DNA of 64,000 nucleotides from Octopus vulgaris (lineage: Eukaryota): the NCBI GenBank assembly GCA_951406725.2, contig OX597837.1:25792001-25856000 (forward strand). Reading direction: 5' to 3'. The translations under genes and the position numbers were made by a program. The notes beneath the pieces were generated by a model. The model saw only the letters and a list, made by a program, of their open reading frames with translations. It did no database searches and had not been told where the DNA came from. Shown here piece after piece: positions 26,016 to 38,837 of this stretch (position 1 is its first letter; each line of letters starts with the position of its first letter).

Positions 26016-26248
26016 TATTATAATAATGATAATAATCCTTTCTACTAAATGCACAAGGCCTGAAAATTTTGGGGAGGGGACTAGTCATATTGACGCCAGT
26101 GTTTATTGACCCCAAAAGGATAAAAAGCAAAGTCAATCTCAGCAGAATTTGAACTCAGGGCGTAGCAATGGGCGAAATACTGCTAAGTATACTGCTGAGT
26201 ATTTCGCCTCAGGTGCTAACGATTATGCCAGCTCACCGCCTTATAATG

Positions 26249-26288
<40 letters not shown>

Positions 26289-26567
26289 TAATATGTAATA
26301 TGGAGGCAGCATTTGAAGTGAATATTGAAGATAAGAAAACACCTGTGCATTGTTAGCAGAGGGGGGGAGGCGAGCTAGTGAACAGAAATATTTCTTTGTG
26401 TTCCATCTTCAGTAAACTTGTTGAACAATATTTTTAGAGAGCAGAAACAAAGAAACGAAGGACAAGGAAAAGACAAAGGAAGACAAAAGCCAGAAGACAT
26501 TGACCAGAATATTGTAGCATTACAGAAAAGAGATTATCAATATAAAAGAGATTATAATATAAAGGAG

Positions 26568-26600
<33 letters not shown>

Positions 26601-26627
26601 GTTATTATTATTATTAGACAGACATAA

Positions 26628-26809
26628 TAGGCGCAGAGAGTGGCTGTGTGGTAAGTAGCTTGCTAACCAACCACATGGTTCCGGGTTCATTCCCACTGCG
26701 TGGCACCTTGGGCAAGTGTCTTCTACTATAGCCCCGGGCCGACCAAAGCCTTGTGAGTGGATTTGGTAGATGGAAACTGAAAGAAGCCTGTCGTATATAT
26801 GCGTATATA

Positions 26810-26854
<45 letters not shown>

Positions 26855-27082
26855 GTGTGTGTGTGTGTGTATTTGTGTGTCTGTGTTTGTCCCCCTAGCA
26901 TTGCTTGACAACCGATGCTGGTGTGTTTACGTCCCCGTCACTTAGCGGTTCGGCAAAAGAGATCGATAGAATAAGTACTGGGCTTACAAAGAATAAGTCC
27001 CAGGGTCGATTTGCTCGACTAAAGGTGGGACTCCAGCATGGCCACAGTCAAATGACTGAAACAAGCAAAAGAGAAAAGAGAG
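26628..27082 (+). mobile_element. SINE family A, full length
   Basis: Matches other copies. Confidence 0.88.
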
Positions 27083-27983
27083 AGAGAGAGAGACAAAATG
27101 CCGCTAAGCCTTTTGCTTGGCATGCTAACAATTCTGCCAGCTCCCTATCTTAATAATGATAATAATAATAATAATCTTTTCTACTCTAGGTACAAGACCC
27201 AAAATTTTGGGGGAGGGGGCCAGTTCATTAGATCAACCCCGGTATGCAATTTGTCGATCCCGAAAGGATGAAAAGCAAAGTCGACCTCGGTGGAATTTGA
27301 ACTCAGAATGTAAAGATAGATGAAATACCGCTAAGCATTTCATGTTTGGGTTACTTTTCCATCCTCCTGACTACACTGACTTCAGTACTTCAATGGTACT
27401 TTATTCTATTGACCTCTGAGTTGTGAAAAGTAAAGCCGACCTCGGCGGGATTTGAACTCAGAATGTAAAGATAGATGAAATACCGCTAAGCATTTCATGT
27501 TTGGGTTACTTTTCCATCCTCCTGACTACACTGACTTCAGTACTTCAATGGTACTTTATTTTATTGACCTCTGAGTTGTGAAAAGTAAAGCCGACCTCGG
27601 CGGGATTTGAACTCGGGATTTAAAGAACTGGAAGAAATATTTTAAAGCATTTTTCTTGGTGTTCTAGGTGTTCTAATGATTTTGTGAGCAGTTCACCACC
27701 CTAAATACAAGAATATAGAATATTTACTGCTGGAAATAGATGTGATGAGATTATTTGCTGGTCTCTTTAAGGGTGTAATTGGCAGAAAGACAACAGGTAA
27801 GTGTATTTTCAACTTGGCCTATTTAACAGAAGATTTGTTCAAGACAAACGGACAGACATTTAAATAATAATAAAAGAGGAGGAGGAGGAAGGAGGAGAAG
27901 AGGAGGGAGGAGAGAAGAAGTGGTAGAAGAATTGGAAGAAATGGTAGAAGTGGCAGAGAAGAAGAAGAAGAAGAAGTGGCAGA

Positions 27984-28170
27984 GAAGAAGAAGAAGAAGA
28001 AGAAGAAGAAGAAGAAGAAGAAGAAGAAGAAGAAGAAGAAGAAGAAGAAGAAGAAGAAGAAGAAGAAGAAGAAGAAGAAGAAGAAGAAGAAGAAGAAGAA
28101 GAAGAAGAAGAAGAAGAAGAAGAAGAAGAAGAAGAAGAAGAAGAAGAAGAAGAAGAAGAAGAAGAAGAAG
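27984..28170. repeat. Pure (GAA)n microsatellite, about 62 units
   Basis: Seen directly in the sequence. Confidence 0.97.
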
Positions 28171-30007
28171 CAACATACATCATCTGAATGTGATACCTTA
28201 AAGGATTGGATTGAAGCAAAATATTAAAAAAATAGAAAAAAAAACCCAGACAAAAACGAAACAAAAAAAACAAAACAAAAGCAAAAAAAAAAGAAAAAAA
28301 AAAGCAACCCATGCAGAAAGTAGTATTGTTAACTGTAATGTTATACAACAACGGCAGAAACGAGAATAATCTGGACTAAGTTTACAGTAGAAGGAACAAA
28401 CTAGCAATGATCAGAAGAGAAAATAAAATTTACTACAAGTATACTAGTAGAGAAAAAAAGACAATACCGAAAAACAGAGCTTTATTTAGACAGGCACTAA
28501 TCTAATTAATTGGTAAGCATAAACACATGGTTGGCACTAGTGTTCTGAAAAACATTAATGCTAACTACTTGTCAAATAATATGTTCTGGAATTGATTCCT
28601 CGGTTTGCTACTATTGTTGCCGTTTCATCATTACTGTAATCTTTGTCTTTTAACCGATGCCAAAAAGGATTCCGCTTTTCCTTGTTCTTGTTTACTTGCC
28701 AAAGTTGGCATCCGTACAGAACTTCTTACTAAGGCTTTTCGAAGTTCATAGACAATCCTAAATCAGTTTTTCTTTGTCAATATTTTAGTGAAAAATAAGA
28801 AAATGGAAACTTAGAAACGAAATCCCCTCATGGGAAGATTTTTTTTTTTTTGGTATTCATTTATTACGTCAGCTTTAGAGTCTGAGAAGCTTTTTTGCTT
28901 GAACTCTTAAGAAATGGGTAAAAAAAAAAAAAAAAATGTTAAGATATTTCGCTTCACAGATGAGATGACACAAGATTAAGATGAATGGTGATGTACAGGA
29001 TTACAGACATATCAAACCCATGTCTGCATTGCAAAACAAATGTTAAAACAAGAATATTAATGATGATGATGGTGGTGGTGGTTACAGTGGTTGTGGTGAT
29101 GGTTTTAAGATAATTAAAAATGGGTTCGTTATTATCAGCAGATAAATATTCATTTAGAAAATTCCCCATTTCCCAAGAGGAAAGAAGTGCGATGCTTAAA
29201 CATTGTAAATTCCTCTCCTACCATTGTTTGAACCATTACCAAAGTCTTTTATTGAAATAATCCAGCCACGGGCATCATAATAATACTTTAGTTGCACTTC
29301 TTGTTTAATAAACTCTATATTGTGGTAATTAACCATTTATTAGTGATTATAATTAGTTTTATGTAAGAATGGTAAATTACAGTCTTCTAACATTGGCAGA
29401 CAGTTTTGTTATTTATCAACGATAAAATAATAATTGAAAAAGTGCCGTCGTCCATTGTTTGTCATTGAGTCTCATTGTAAATGGATGACTATATTTCAGA
29501 TTAATTCTGATTAGTAAACAGAGTAAGTGTTTCCACTGCTCTCCGAGAAAAATTGGATTAGTTGACAACAAAAGAACTAAAATATTGGTTAAGAGCATCA
29601 ATTGTTGCTGTCTTCCTCTCTTCCCCACCTCATCACACATAAAGTGGCAGAGAACTATAGACAAACACACAGACACACACACAGACACACCACACACTTA
29701 AGACTGTCATCATAATGGTTGAGTGATATCATTAATTTCTGTGAAGTAGATAGCCGGTACCATAAAGTTTTAGTAGAGAGATCAATGTCCGTGAAGATAG
29801 ATTTGATGACAATTTCTGTTTTATTTCAGTACCTAAAGTATGGTCCTTTTTGTGAGGGGGGAAAAAAAGTCTAGCTAATTAATTAAAATGGTTTGTGCTA
29901 AGATACGTCTTGCCAAACAGAATACTTCAAAAATCGCTTTGTATTTCAATGGGAATGAATCAAAACCTTATGGCATATCAATTCCAAATGGGATCCTATT
30001 TGGAATA

Positions 30008-30509
30008 CCGTAATTCCTTGAGTATAGTCCGCCCATGAGTATAATACGCAGGGGATTTTTAGGGGGCTGTACATCTGAAAAACCTAAACCTTGTGTATAA
30101 TATGCACCCCTTCTCTAACTTGAGTCGTGTGTAATTAAGCCAGCAGCACCTAGTTGAACAAACACTTCCGCGCATGCGTAATACAATAATGGTGATGTTC
30201 TTAACTGTTATATGGGAATGTAAATATGTTTGCAATTGTTTTGTTACATATTATTCTGTGTTCTGAATACTTTTATTTTAATAAATGTGATGATTCCTTT
30301 ATGACTTCATTGCTTTCAGGCTTAGCTTAAGGTATTTTTGCACCCGACATCACAAAGTGCGTCTGAATAAACATTGCCGGACAGCAAATAGAGACTCGGA
30401 CATTGCTTAGAAAATATTTTTCATTTTTAACCTTGTATATAGTACGCACTAGGGATTTTGACCTTTAAATTTTGGGAAAAAAATGCGGATTATACTCGAG
30501 GATTTACGG
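30008..30509. mobile_element. Non-autonomous Tc1/mariner-superfamily (pogo-like) MITE, 502 bp
   Basis: TA|CCGTAATTCCTTGAGTATAGTCCGC...GCGGATTATACTCGAGGATTTACGG|TA, a 25 bp imperfect TIR with TA duplication. Confidence 0.88.
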
Positions 30510-31119
30510 TATGGCTTCAGACGCTTGGCAATGAAAATGCAAAGGTCTGGTATATAGCTTTGGGCATTGCATTGAACACCATTCTCTCAGTAAGGTTCAG
30601 TCCTTCCCTTGATCCAGGTGATGGGTGGGTATGGAGGTCCACATAACCTCTTTAAACTCAAATCACATTTATATGCAATAGAAATCTTGTAATTTCACAC
30701 TAAATTTAGAGTTGAGCATATCCAAAAGCAATTACAATGCAGTAATTATGAGATAATTGGATGTACTAATTAATCTTGACTTGTAAACTGTAAAAATTGC
30801 TTTCTTTATACAACAGAGATTAGAAATATTGATACAATTTACTTAATACCTAACAAAATTTAAACAGATTCATCAGTCCACGTTTTGATCTTATCCTTCT
30901 GGAGTTGATAAAATAGGTACCAGTTATATTTTGGAGTCATGATTATTGACGCCAGTCTTTATAAATTTAGTGTTGGGCAATGAGAGAAAATTCCTTTGCA
31001 CATTATTTAAATTGGTAAAATTTTGATAGTCTTCAGATGACATCTAAGGTATACGTTTGAAGAGGAAAAAGTGATGGGAAAGAAGGAAATTGAAAAACCT
31101 GAGAAATGAAAGAGACATG

Positions 31120-31122
<3 letters not shown>

Positions 31123-31217
<95 letters not shown>

Positions 31218-31240
31218 TGTGTGAGAGAGAGAGAGAGAGA
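31123..31240. repeat. (GA)n microsatellite
   Basis: Seen directly in the sequence. Confidence 0.95.
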
Positions 31241-31530
31241 ACAAAAATGTGTGTGGTAATCTCAGATATATATTTTTATACATATCTTTAATTGATCAGA
31301 ATTTCTGAATAGATAAGATGTAGATTGATTATGTCAGAGCTGAGATCCGTAATCCATCTCATGTCAGATTCAATTGTGGTCAGTTACATAAGGCTGCTAA
31401 TGGACATGTCTGTGAATGCTACATGGAAGTATTCCTGAATATTTCTTGACTTCCTGTGGAGTTCTTGGACTGTTTAACAGTAGTGTATAACACCACAAAA
31501 GTTGGAAATTCTATTGTTTAGTCTCAAGCA

Positions 31531-31919
31531 GTGGAGGCGCAATGGCCCAGTGGTTAGGGCAGCAGACTCGCAGTCATAGGATCGCGGTTTCGATTCCCAG
31601 ACCGGGCGTTGTGAGTGTTTATTGAGCGAAAACACCTAAAAGTTCCACGAGGCTCCGGGAGGGGATGGTGGTGATCCCTGCTGTACTCTTTCACCACAAC
31701 TTTCTCTCACTCTTACTTCCTGTTTCTGTTGTACCTGTATTTCAAAGGGGCCGGCCTTGTCACTCTCTGTGTCACGCTGAATATCCCCGAGGACTACGTT
31801 AAGGGTACACGTGTCTGTGGAGTGCTCAGCCACTTGCACATTAATTTCACGAGCAGGCTGTTCCGTTGATTCGGATCAACCGGAACCCTCGTCGTCGTAA
31901 CCGACGGAGTGCTTCCACC
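31531..31919 (+). mobile_element. tRNA-Arg-like SINE, family E subtype 1, with TSD
   Basis: A/B-box head with TCG loop and flanking duplication AGTCTCAAGC. Near-identical to 41520-41905. May correspond to the described octopus tRNA-Arg-derived OR SINEs (unverified). Confidence 0.85.
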
Positions 31920-32499
31920 AGTCTCAAGCCAGTCCTGATAAAACAGAAGTGCTACTACTGAAACCATTCCGTCCGGTTGACAGACACACAGACACTATAC
32001 TATCCAATGTGTTCTTCCAATTTGAGAATGGTAAGACATGATTTGAGGGAGATTTGGTACATATTTCTTGGAGATCAAATGAGCATGTCAATGCTTTCTT
32101 ATCTCTGAAAGAAGAGGAGGGACTAAAGAAGGATTAACTAAATATTTATCTATATCTTTTATCAAGTACTTGTTTCAGTCATTAGACCGAGCCCATGCTG
32201 GGGCATCATCTTGAACAATTTTTAGTTGAATATATTGACCCTAGTACTTAGATTTTTAAAGCCTGGTACTTATTCAGTCTCTTTTGCTGGACCGCTAAGT
32301 TACAGGGACATAATCAAGCAGTGTGAGTGGACAAACACAGACACACAGAGACATACTATGGGTTTCATTTCAGTTTCCATCAACAAAATCCACTCACATA
32401 GCTTTTGTCAGCCTGAGGCTATAGTAGATGACACTTGGCCCCAAGGTGCCATGTAGTGGGACTGAACCCTGAACCATGTGGTTGGGAAGCAAGTTTCTT

Positions 32500-33150
32500 A
32501 TTTCTTTACTGCCCACAAGGGGCTACACACAGAGGAGTCAAACAAGGACAGACAAATGGATTAAGTCGATTATATCAACCCCAGTGTGTAACTGGTACTT
32601 ATTTAATCAACCCCGAAAGAATGTAAAGCAAAGTTGACCTCGGCGGAATTTGAACTCAGAACGTAGCGGCAGACGAAATACTGCTAAGCATTTCACCGGG
32701 TGAGCTAACGTTTCTGCCAGTTCCCCACCTTGGGAAGCAAGCTTCTTATTTTTTTATTGCCCACATGGGGCTACACACAGAGGGAACAAACAAGGACAGA
32801 CAAATGGATTAAGTCGATTATATCGACCCCAATGCATAACTGGTACTTATTTAATCGACCATGAAAGGATGAAAGGCAAAGTTGACCTCGGCGGAATTTG
32901 AACTCAGAACGTAATGGCAGACAAAATACCTATTTCTTTACTCCCCACAAGGGGCTAAACACAGAGAGGACAAACGGATTAAGTTGATTATATCGACTCC
33001 AGTGCATAACTAGTACTTAATTTATCGACCCTGAAAGGATGAATGGCAAAGTTGACCTCGGCGGAATTTGAACTCAGAACGTAGCGGCAGATGAAATACC
33101 GCTAAGCATTTTGCCTGGCGTGCTAACATTTCTTCCAGCTTGCCGCCTTG
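32500..33150 (-). mobile_element. Cluster of three SINE family B units
   Basis: One monomer flanked by the duplication TTGGGAAGCAAGYTTCTT, plus an adjacent dimer. Confidence 0.85.
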
Positions 33151-34200
33151 GCTTCTTTCGACAGGCTTCTTTCAGTTTCCATCTATCAAATCCACTCATA
33201 AGGCATTGATCAGCCCAAGGCTATATATAGTAGAAGACACTCACCCAAGGTGCCACACAGTGGGACTGAACCCAGAACCATGTGGTTGGGAAGCAAACTT
33301 CTTACCACACAGCCACGCCTGAAACAGACTGTAAAATATCGTCGCCTAGAATGACATAGAAACACAAAAACACCGACACCATCTGCCAGTCTTGAGGTCA
33401 CACATTAATCACTGTAATATATCTGGCATGGTGCCACCAAGTAATGAAATGTTGCTCAGAGTGGAAACTAAACCAGTGATGCAGGTATCCATTACCTATT
33501 GAACATCACCACTTCCGATGTCTACGAAGCCATGTTAAATCTACTCCATTTCACACTCTGTTTGAGCGAGTTAACCGGAACATTCCCTCACGTCTTGTAC
33601 TTAACTGAACTTGTAAGGAATAATTTTAACCCAACACATGATAGAGCCAAGCGTGTAATACAAGAGATTGGAGTGGAATTAGAATTATATCTTCTCTATT
33701 TACATCTCTCCTGTAAAAATAGTAACTGATCTTATCTTCTTCACTTCCTTTTCATTTAGATAATGAGTTTAAAAAAAAAAAAGTTGATTAACTTCTTTTA
33801 TTAATCACTTTCTGGAGTTTGGTCAGTTTATTACAAAAAATATATGAGAAAAACGTAAAACTTCATCGCTTATTAAATTCTGCAACATTAGATATTTTGG
33901 GCAGAATTTCTGGCTCTGTTTTAATTTTAGTAATTACAAACAATTAGGTTTTACAAACCCTGCCGCCACCAAGTAAATAAGATTGAGCGGTTTAGGGACG
34001 GTGAGTATGTGTGTACCTCTGCACACACGCATGTGTGTGTGTGTCCTGGATAAGACATGAAACTGTATCCAGTGGCGAGGCTTCAGTTCAGGAGTTCTTG
34101 GGATGTGGGGAGCATGGGGTCACCCCTTAATTACCATTACTCCCAGGTTTGTTCCGACTTGGAATGGTAGTACCTGTCAGGGTCCTTTCTTCTTTCTTTT

Positions 34201-34612
34201 TATTTCTTTATTGCCTACGAGGAGCTAAACATAGAGGGGACAAACAAGGACAGACAAAGGGATTCAGTCGATTACATCGGCCCCAGTGTGTAACTGGTAC
34301 TTAATTTATCGATCCCGAAAGCATGAAAGGCAAAGTCGACCTCGGTGGAATTTGAACACAGAACGTAATGGCAGACGAAATACCTATTTCTTTATTACCC
34401 ACAATGGGCTAAACATAGAGGGGACAAACAAGGACAGACAAAGGGATTAAGTCGACTACATTGACCCCAGTGCGTAACTGGTACTTAATTTATCAACCCC
34501 AGAAGTATGAAAGGCAAAGTCGACCTTGGTGGAATTTGAATTCAGAATGTAACGGCAGATGAAATACTGCTAAGCATTTTGCCCGGCGTGCTAATAGTTC
34601 TGCCAGCTCGCC
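34201..34612 (-). mobile_element. SINE family B dimer with TSD
   Basis: Two units joined at GAAATAG|GTATTTCGTC, flanked by the duplication CAGGGTCCTTTCT. Confidence 0.85.
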
Positions 34613-35299
34613 AGGGTCCTTTCTATGGGATAAATAGATTTCTTAGAGAGAGAGGAAGCTCCTATTATTTCTGACAAAGTTGTGAGGGAAAGCAGCCCTT
34701 CTAGGAGAAAGTTACTCTGATGTAAAACTTGCAGTCACCTTCCAATGCTTGTCAGTAGAACCTACTATGACAACCGAGAGGGTGGCAAAAGTGTTGTACA
34801 AGCTTTTGTCACTTAAATCCAATGTTCAGAGCTCAAATCTCACTGTCGTAAAACAAACAAGTTATTATACCAAAATAATCGTTAGGCGATAGTTCTTTGT
34901 ACAAAAAGGATTATTAGAGTATAGTTATTTAGATCTTTTTACATTTTTTTTGAGATTCTATAGACAAAATAGTTATTAGACTGAAGTGGGTTTAGACTAA
35001 AATGTTTTTATACTAAAAGGCATTTAGACAAAAATGTCTTTAGACTATAGTGTATTTATACAAAAGTCACTTTAGACCATACTGCATTAGACCGAAGCGT
35101 TTTAGATGAAAAGTCCTAGATTCGAATATTTAATCCTTCATCTATTGTCTTACTCCTCTGTTAATATAAAAATTTACGTCTCTCCTTCGTGGGCTGCTGT
35201 GCTTAATTTTATTGTCCAAGTCAGTTATACATCACTTACACCAGTACAGGCATACAGACATGTCCTTCTTCTCCCACTAGATTATCCAGTTGGAGATTT

Positions 35300-35555
35300 A
35301 CTCTCAATCAATGAAGCAGCTGTGGGCTGGAAGAGGCCTCATGGCAGGCCCCACGCCAGATGGCTGGACATGATTATGAAAGATCTCTAGAGGCTCAACG
35401 TCACCTGGGAGGATGCAGAGGGGCTGGAATGAGACCACCAGTGATGAGGAACACTGGTAGATCTGGTCAGCTCTACGCATGATGAAGTCTCTGGGACGTA
35501 CTAACCTGGGATAACCACAGCTCCATGAAGCAAGAGCATGAAACAAGCAAGCAAG
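35300..35555 (+). mobile_element. RTE-like LINE 3' end remnant
   Basis: GWKRPHGRPHARWLDMIMKDL (RTE-type R.RGRP..RW.D motif) and a (GCAA)n tail. Confidence 0.7.
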
Positions 35556-35620
35556 GCTTGATTGAGAAAATATACAAAATATTTATAGCCATGGCCATCA
35601 TGTTCTTTCTATATGTACAG

Positions 35621-36029
35621 TAGGCGTAGGAGTGGCTGTGTGGTAAGTAGCTTGCTTACGAACCACATGGTTCCGGGTTCAGTCCCACTGCGTGGCACCT
35701 TGGGCAAGTGTCTTCTACAATAGCCTCATGCTGACCAAAGCCTTGTGAGTGGATTTGGTAGACGGAAACTGAAAGAAGCCTGTCGTATATATGCATATAT
35801 ATATGTGTGTATATGTTTGTGTGTCTGTGTTTGTCCCACCAATATCGCTTGACAACCGATGCTGGTGTGTATACATCCCCATAACTTAGCAGTTCGGCAA
35901 AAAAAACCAATAGAATAAGTACTAGGCTTCCAAAGAATAAGACCAGGGGTTGATATGCTCGACTAAAGGCGGTGCTCCAGCATGGCTGCAGTCAAATGAC
36001 TGAAACAAGTAAAAGAGTAAAAAAGAGTA
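35621..36029 (+). mobile_element. SINE family A, full length
   Basis: Matches other copies. Confidence 0.88.
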
Positions 36030-37778
36030 TAATTCAAGGAAGAATTAGCTGCTATTTCTCGTAGATTAAATGACCATGTAGTGTTTCCCATATTAGTTCA
36101 TGTTGCTCCTCGTTATCTCATGTTCTCCAGAATTATCTCCAGTGTTAAACAGGATTATCTCGGTGTTAAACTGGATTAACGACAAGTTGAAGACAATAGA
36201 CAAAACATCTACGAGACTAACTTTTGATTGATTCCCGAAATGACAGATTAACGATTCTTGTTAATAGCAAATTGGAAAATATGACAAAATTTTTCAAGAA
36301 TAATCTGGAAATATTTTTCCAAATTTCATTGCATGTTTGAAAAAGATTAAAAAAAAAACAAAAAAAAACACGAAATCACACAAAAAACAAAGAAATACGG
36401 AAATAATATAGAGAACCAATCCAATCTTGATGGAAATTAACAAACCATTTTGACGTTTGTTTTGCTTTAATTAAAAGATTTATTTTCCTTGGCTGAAATT
36501 AATTAGCGAAGCAAGAAATATTGGAATTAGAGTGTAATACAAAAGTGAAATAAATTACAATAATATACCCTACAATCGCCCACCCTCTCACCCAAAACAC
36601 ACAAACAAAAGAAAAACAAATAAACAAATCCCAATATTGTTTTTTATGGATTTTGTTAATAAAATATAGAAAATCAATTTCTTATTTATTTTGCAGGATT
36701 TAATGGCTTTTTCTTTTCTATCTTTTACTTGTTTCAGTTATTAGAATGTGGCCATGCTGGGGCATTGCCTTGAAGTTTTTAAAAATTTATTTTAATTAAA
36801 TGAATTGACTTCAATACTTATTTTTTTTTAAAACCCTAGTAATTATACTACTGGTCTCATTTGCCGAACTGTTAAGTTATGGGCACACAAACACACTGAC
36901 AGACACAAAGACACACACACACTTGTATGCATACATACAACAGGTTTCTTTCAGTTTCCGTTTATCAAATCCACTCACAAGGCTTTAGTTGGCCTGAAGT
37001 TATAGTAGAAGATACTTGCTCAAGGAACCATGCAGTGGGACTGAACCCAGAACCATGTGGTTGGGGAGTAAGTTTATTATCACACAGCCACAGAATCTTC
37101 TACAAAAATAGCAGACAGTTCCCGTTGTCAGTGCTGCTAAACATTGTAGTTATTAAGGAATGGTCTTCTGAACCAGTTATTCACAATGGCACTCATATGG
37201 CTGACCCCTGGAGTAACTTGGCCCACACGAAGGAAGCCTCAAACTGTTTATCCATTTGTGTTGGGGAGATCAATGGAAGAAATTTACAACTTTGTTTTAC
37301 AAAGGGTCCTGAAAACATGAGAAGGGTTTTTAAGGGACCAGATCAGGTCAGAGTCAGGTGTGGGGTGATGCAACATTGCAGCATGTCGCTGCATCTGCCG
37401 TTTGTTGGTATCTGCTCGGGTTGTCCTGGGCAAACCTCCAAGAGATGTCTCACTTAGTTCCTGTTCCCATGACGACATTTCTACATCTGCTCTGACCATG
37501 GGGCATGTAGCTGACCAACACAAGCCATCACCCCAGCTGGATCTTCAGAGAAGAGAGTGCGGTATGTAGGGGGAACCATAACCAAATAATGGTTCGGAAT
37601 GCTTGTTTACGGAATGAGGATAACAACGGAGCTTTCACGTCGTGCAACCGCCAGTCTATCGCGTGTGGTGTGGATCTTCAAGTTGCCACACGCATTCTTA
37701 GTAGCTTAGAGTAGGCTCGAATTAGAGATTATTCTTTGTGGCTGATGGCGTGAGTCATCATCATCATCATCATCATCA

Positions 37779-37779
<1 letters not shown>

Positions 37780-37809
<30 letters not shown>

Positions 37810-37941
37810 AAGAAGAAGAAGAAGAAGAAGAAGAAGAAGAAGAAGAAGAAGAAGAAGAAGAAGAAGAAGAAGAAGAAGAAGAAGAAGAAGAAGAAGAAGA
37901 AGAAGAAGAAGAAGAAGAAGAAGAAGAAGAAGAAGAAGAAG
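37780..37941. repeat. Pure (AAG)n microsatellite, about 54 units
   Basis: Seen directly in the sequence, ~180 bp from the GOPC donor site. Confidence 0.97.
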
Positions 37942-38119
37942 AGGACAGCAGCAGCAATAAAGTCAGTCCTCTGCATGGTACATATCTGGAATAACAAATC
38001 TACAGGTTGCAAGTTGTTGCAAGACCCAAGCTCTGATTGACCACAACCAACCTGAGCACTATACAACAACAGCAACAACAAAACAGTGTCAGTTTGTGAT
38101 ATAAAGAAATATGTTTTAC

Positions 38120-38295
38120 CTTCCAGCGAGTTCTTTATCCAAATATTTTGCCGCCAACCTGGCGCCGTAGACCTCACTCTGCAGAGCCAAGATGTACTGA
38201 CGTAACTCATGGTTCTCCTTTTTCAACTGTTTTACTTCTGCTTCGACTCTGGAGACTTGCATCACCTCTTGACTGCGTTTTGTCATCTCGTCCTC
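38120..38295 (-). CDS. GOPC: GOPC (PIST/CAL/FIG) internal coding exon, second coiled-coil region, 176 nt
   Basis: Minus strand ttcag|GAG...GGA AG|gtaaaa. Translates [58 protein letters not shown](R), matching the recognisable GOPC segment [42 protein letters not shown]. Starts in phase 0 and ends in phase 2. This frame is absent from the ORF track. Confidence 0.95.
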
Positions 38296-38492
38296 CTGAA
38301 ATTAACCAAAGTTGGGGTAGAATACTAATTAAAACTCTTAATTTAGTATTAATTTTTAATAAAATTTCAAGTAAATCAAAAGTTGATTATATGATTGTGT
38401 GTGTGTGTGTGTGTGTGTGTGCATGTGTGTGTGTGTGCATGTGTGTGTGTGTGCGTGTGTGTGCTGTAAAGAACTGATAATTTTATATAAGA

Positions 38493-38837
38493 CTAGCACT
38501 ATGACCCAGCAACGCCGGGTCATAGTGCTAGTGCATGCACACATACACGCGAGTACTGTCCATATCTCTGACCAATCACATACAGCTAGCTGGCATTCAA
38601 TTGGCGTATCAAGTTTCGGGCATTTTGATTGGGTTTTGGATGGAAAATTCACAAAAAAGTCACTTCTATTGATTTTTTTAATGGCTTTGCGGGGTGACTG
38701 GGGAAATGTAAAGATGTGCACGACCACCCTTGGACGGTTTTGTATGACCACAGAAAGTGCAAGCCCTCTAACTGAAAAATTGTGGATTTGTATAAAGGAC
38801 ACACACACAGACATTTTGCCGTTTATATATTGAGAGA
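38493..38837 (-). mobile_element. Non-autonomous Helitron
   Basis: Minus strand A|TC...CCCGGCGTTGCTGGG hairpin...CTAG|T, with no TSD. Confidence 0.8.

Larger units (their letters stand above)
10318..38119 (-). other. GOPC: GOPC intron, ~27.8 kb, GT...AG, phase 2
   Basis: Canonical GT at 38119-38118 and AG at 10319-10318. Joining the exons gives contiguous GOPC protein sequence ([14 protein letters not shown]). Confidence 0.88.

Noticed and set aside
31531-31605. tRNA-Arg-like sequence (also at 1602, 19573 and 41520, with other tRNA-like heads at 25682 and 52574)
   Set aside because: Each continues into a repeat body and lacks a proper acceptor stem and oligo-T terminator. These are SINE heads, not tRNA genes.
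33472-33729. Plus-strand open frame in unique sequence, with a good minus-strand acceptor at ~33711
   Set aside because: No recognisable homology. All minus-strand frames stop within 28 codons, so there is insufficient support for an exon.
36927-37523. Overlapping 176-aa and 79-aa ORFs
   Set aside because: The longer one begins in a SINE and neither shows a clear motif. It may be a decayed transposon, but I cannot classify it.
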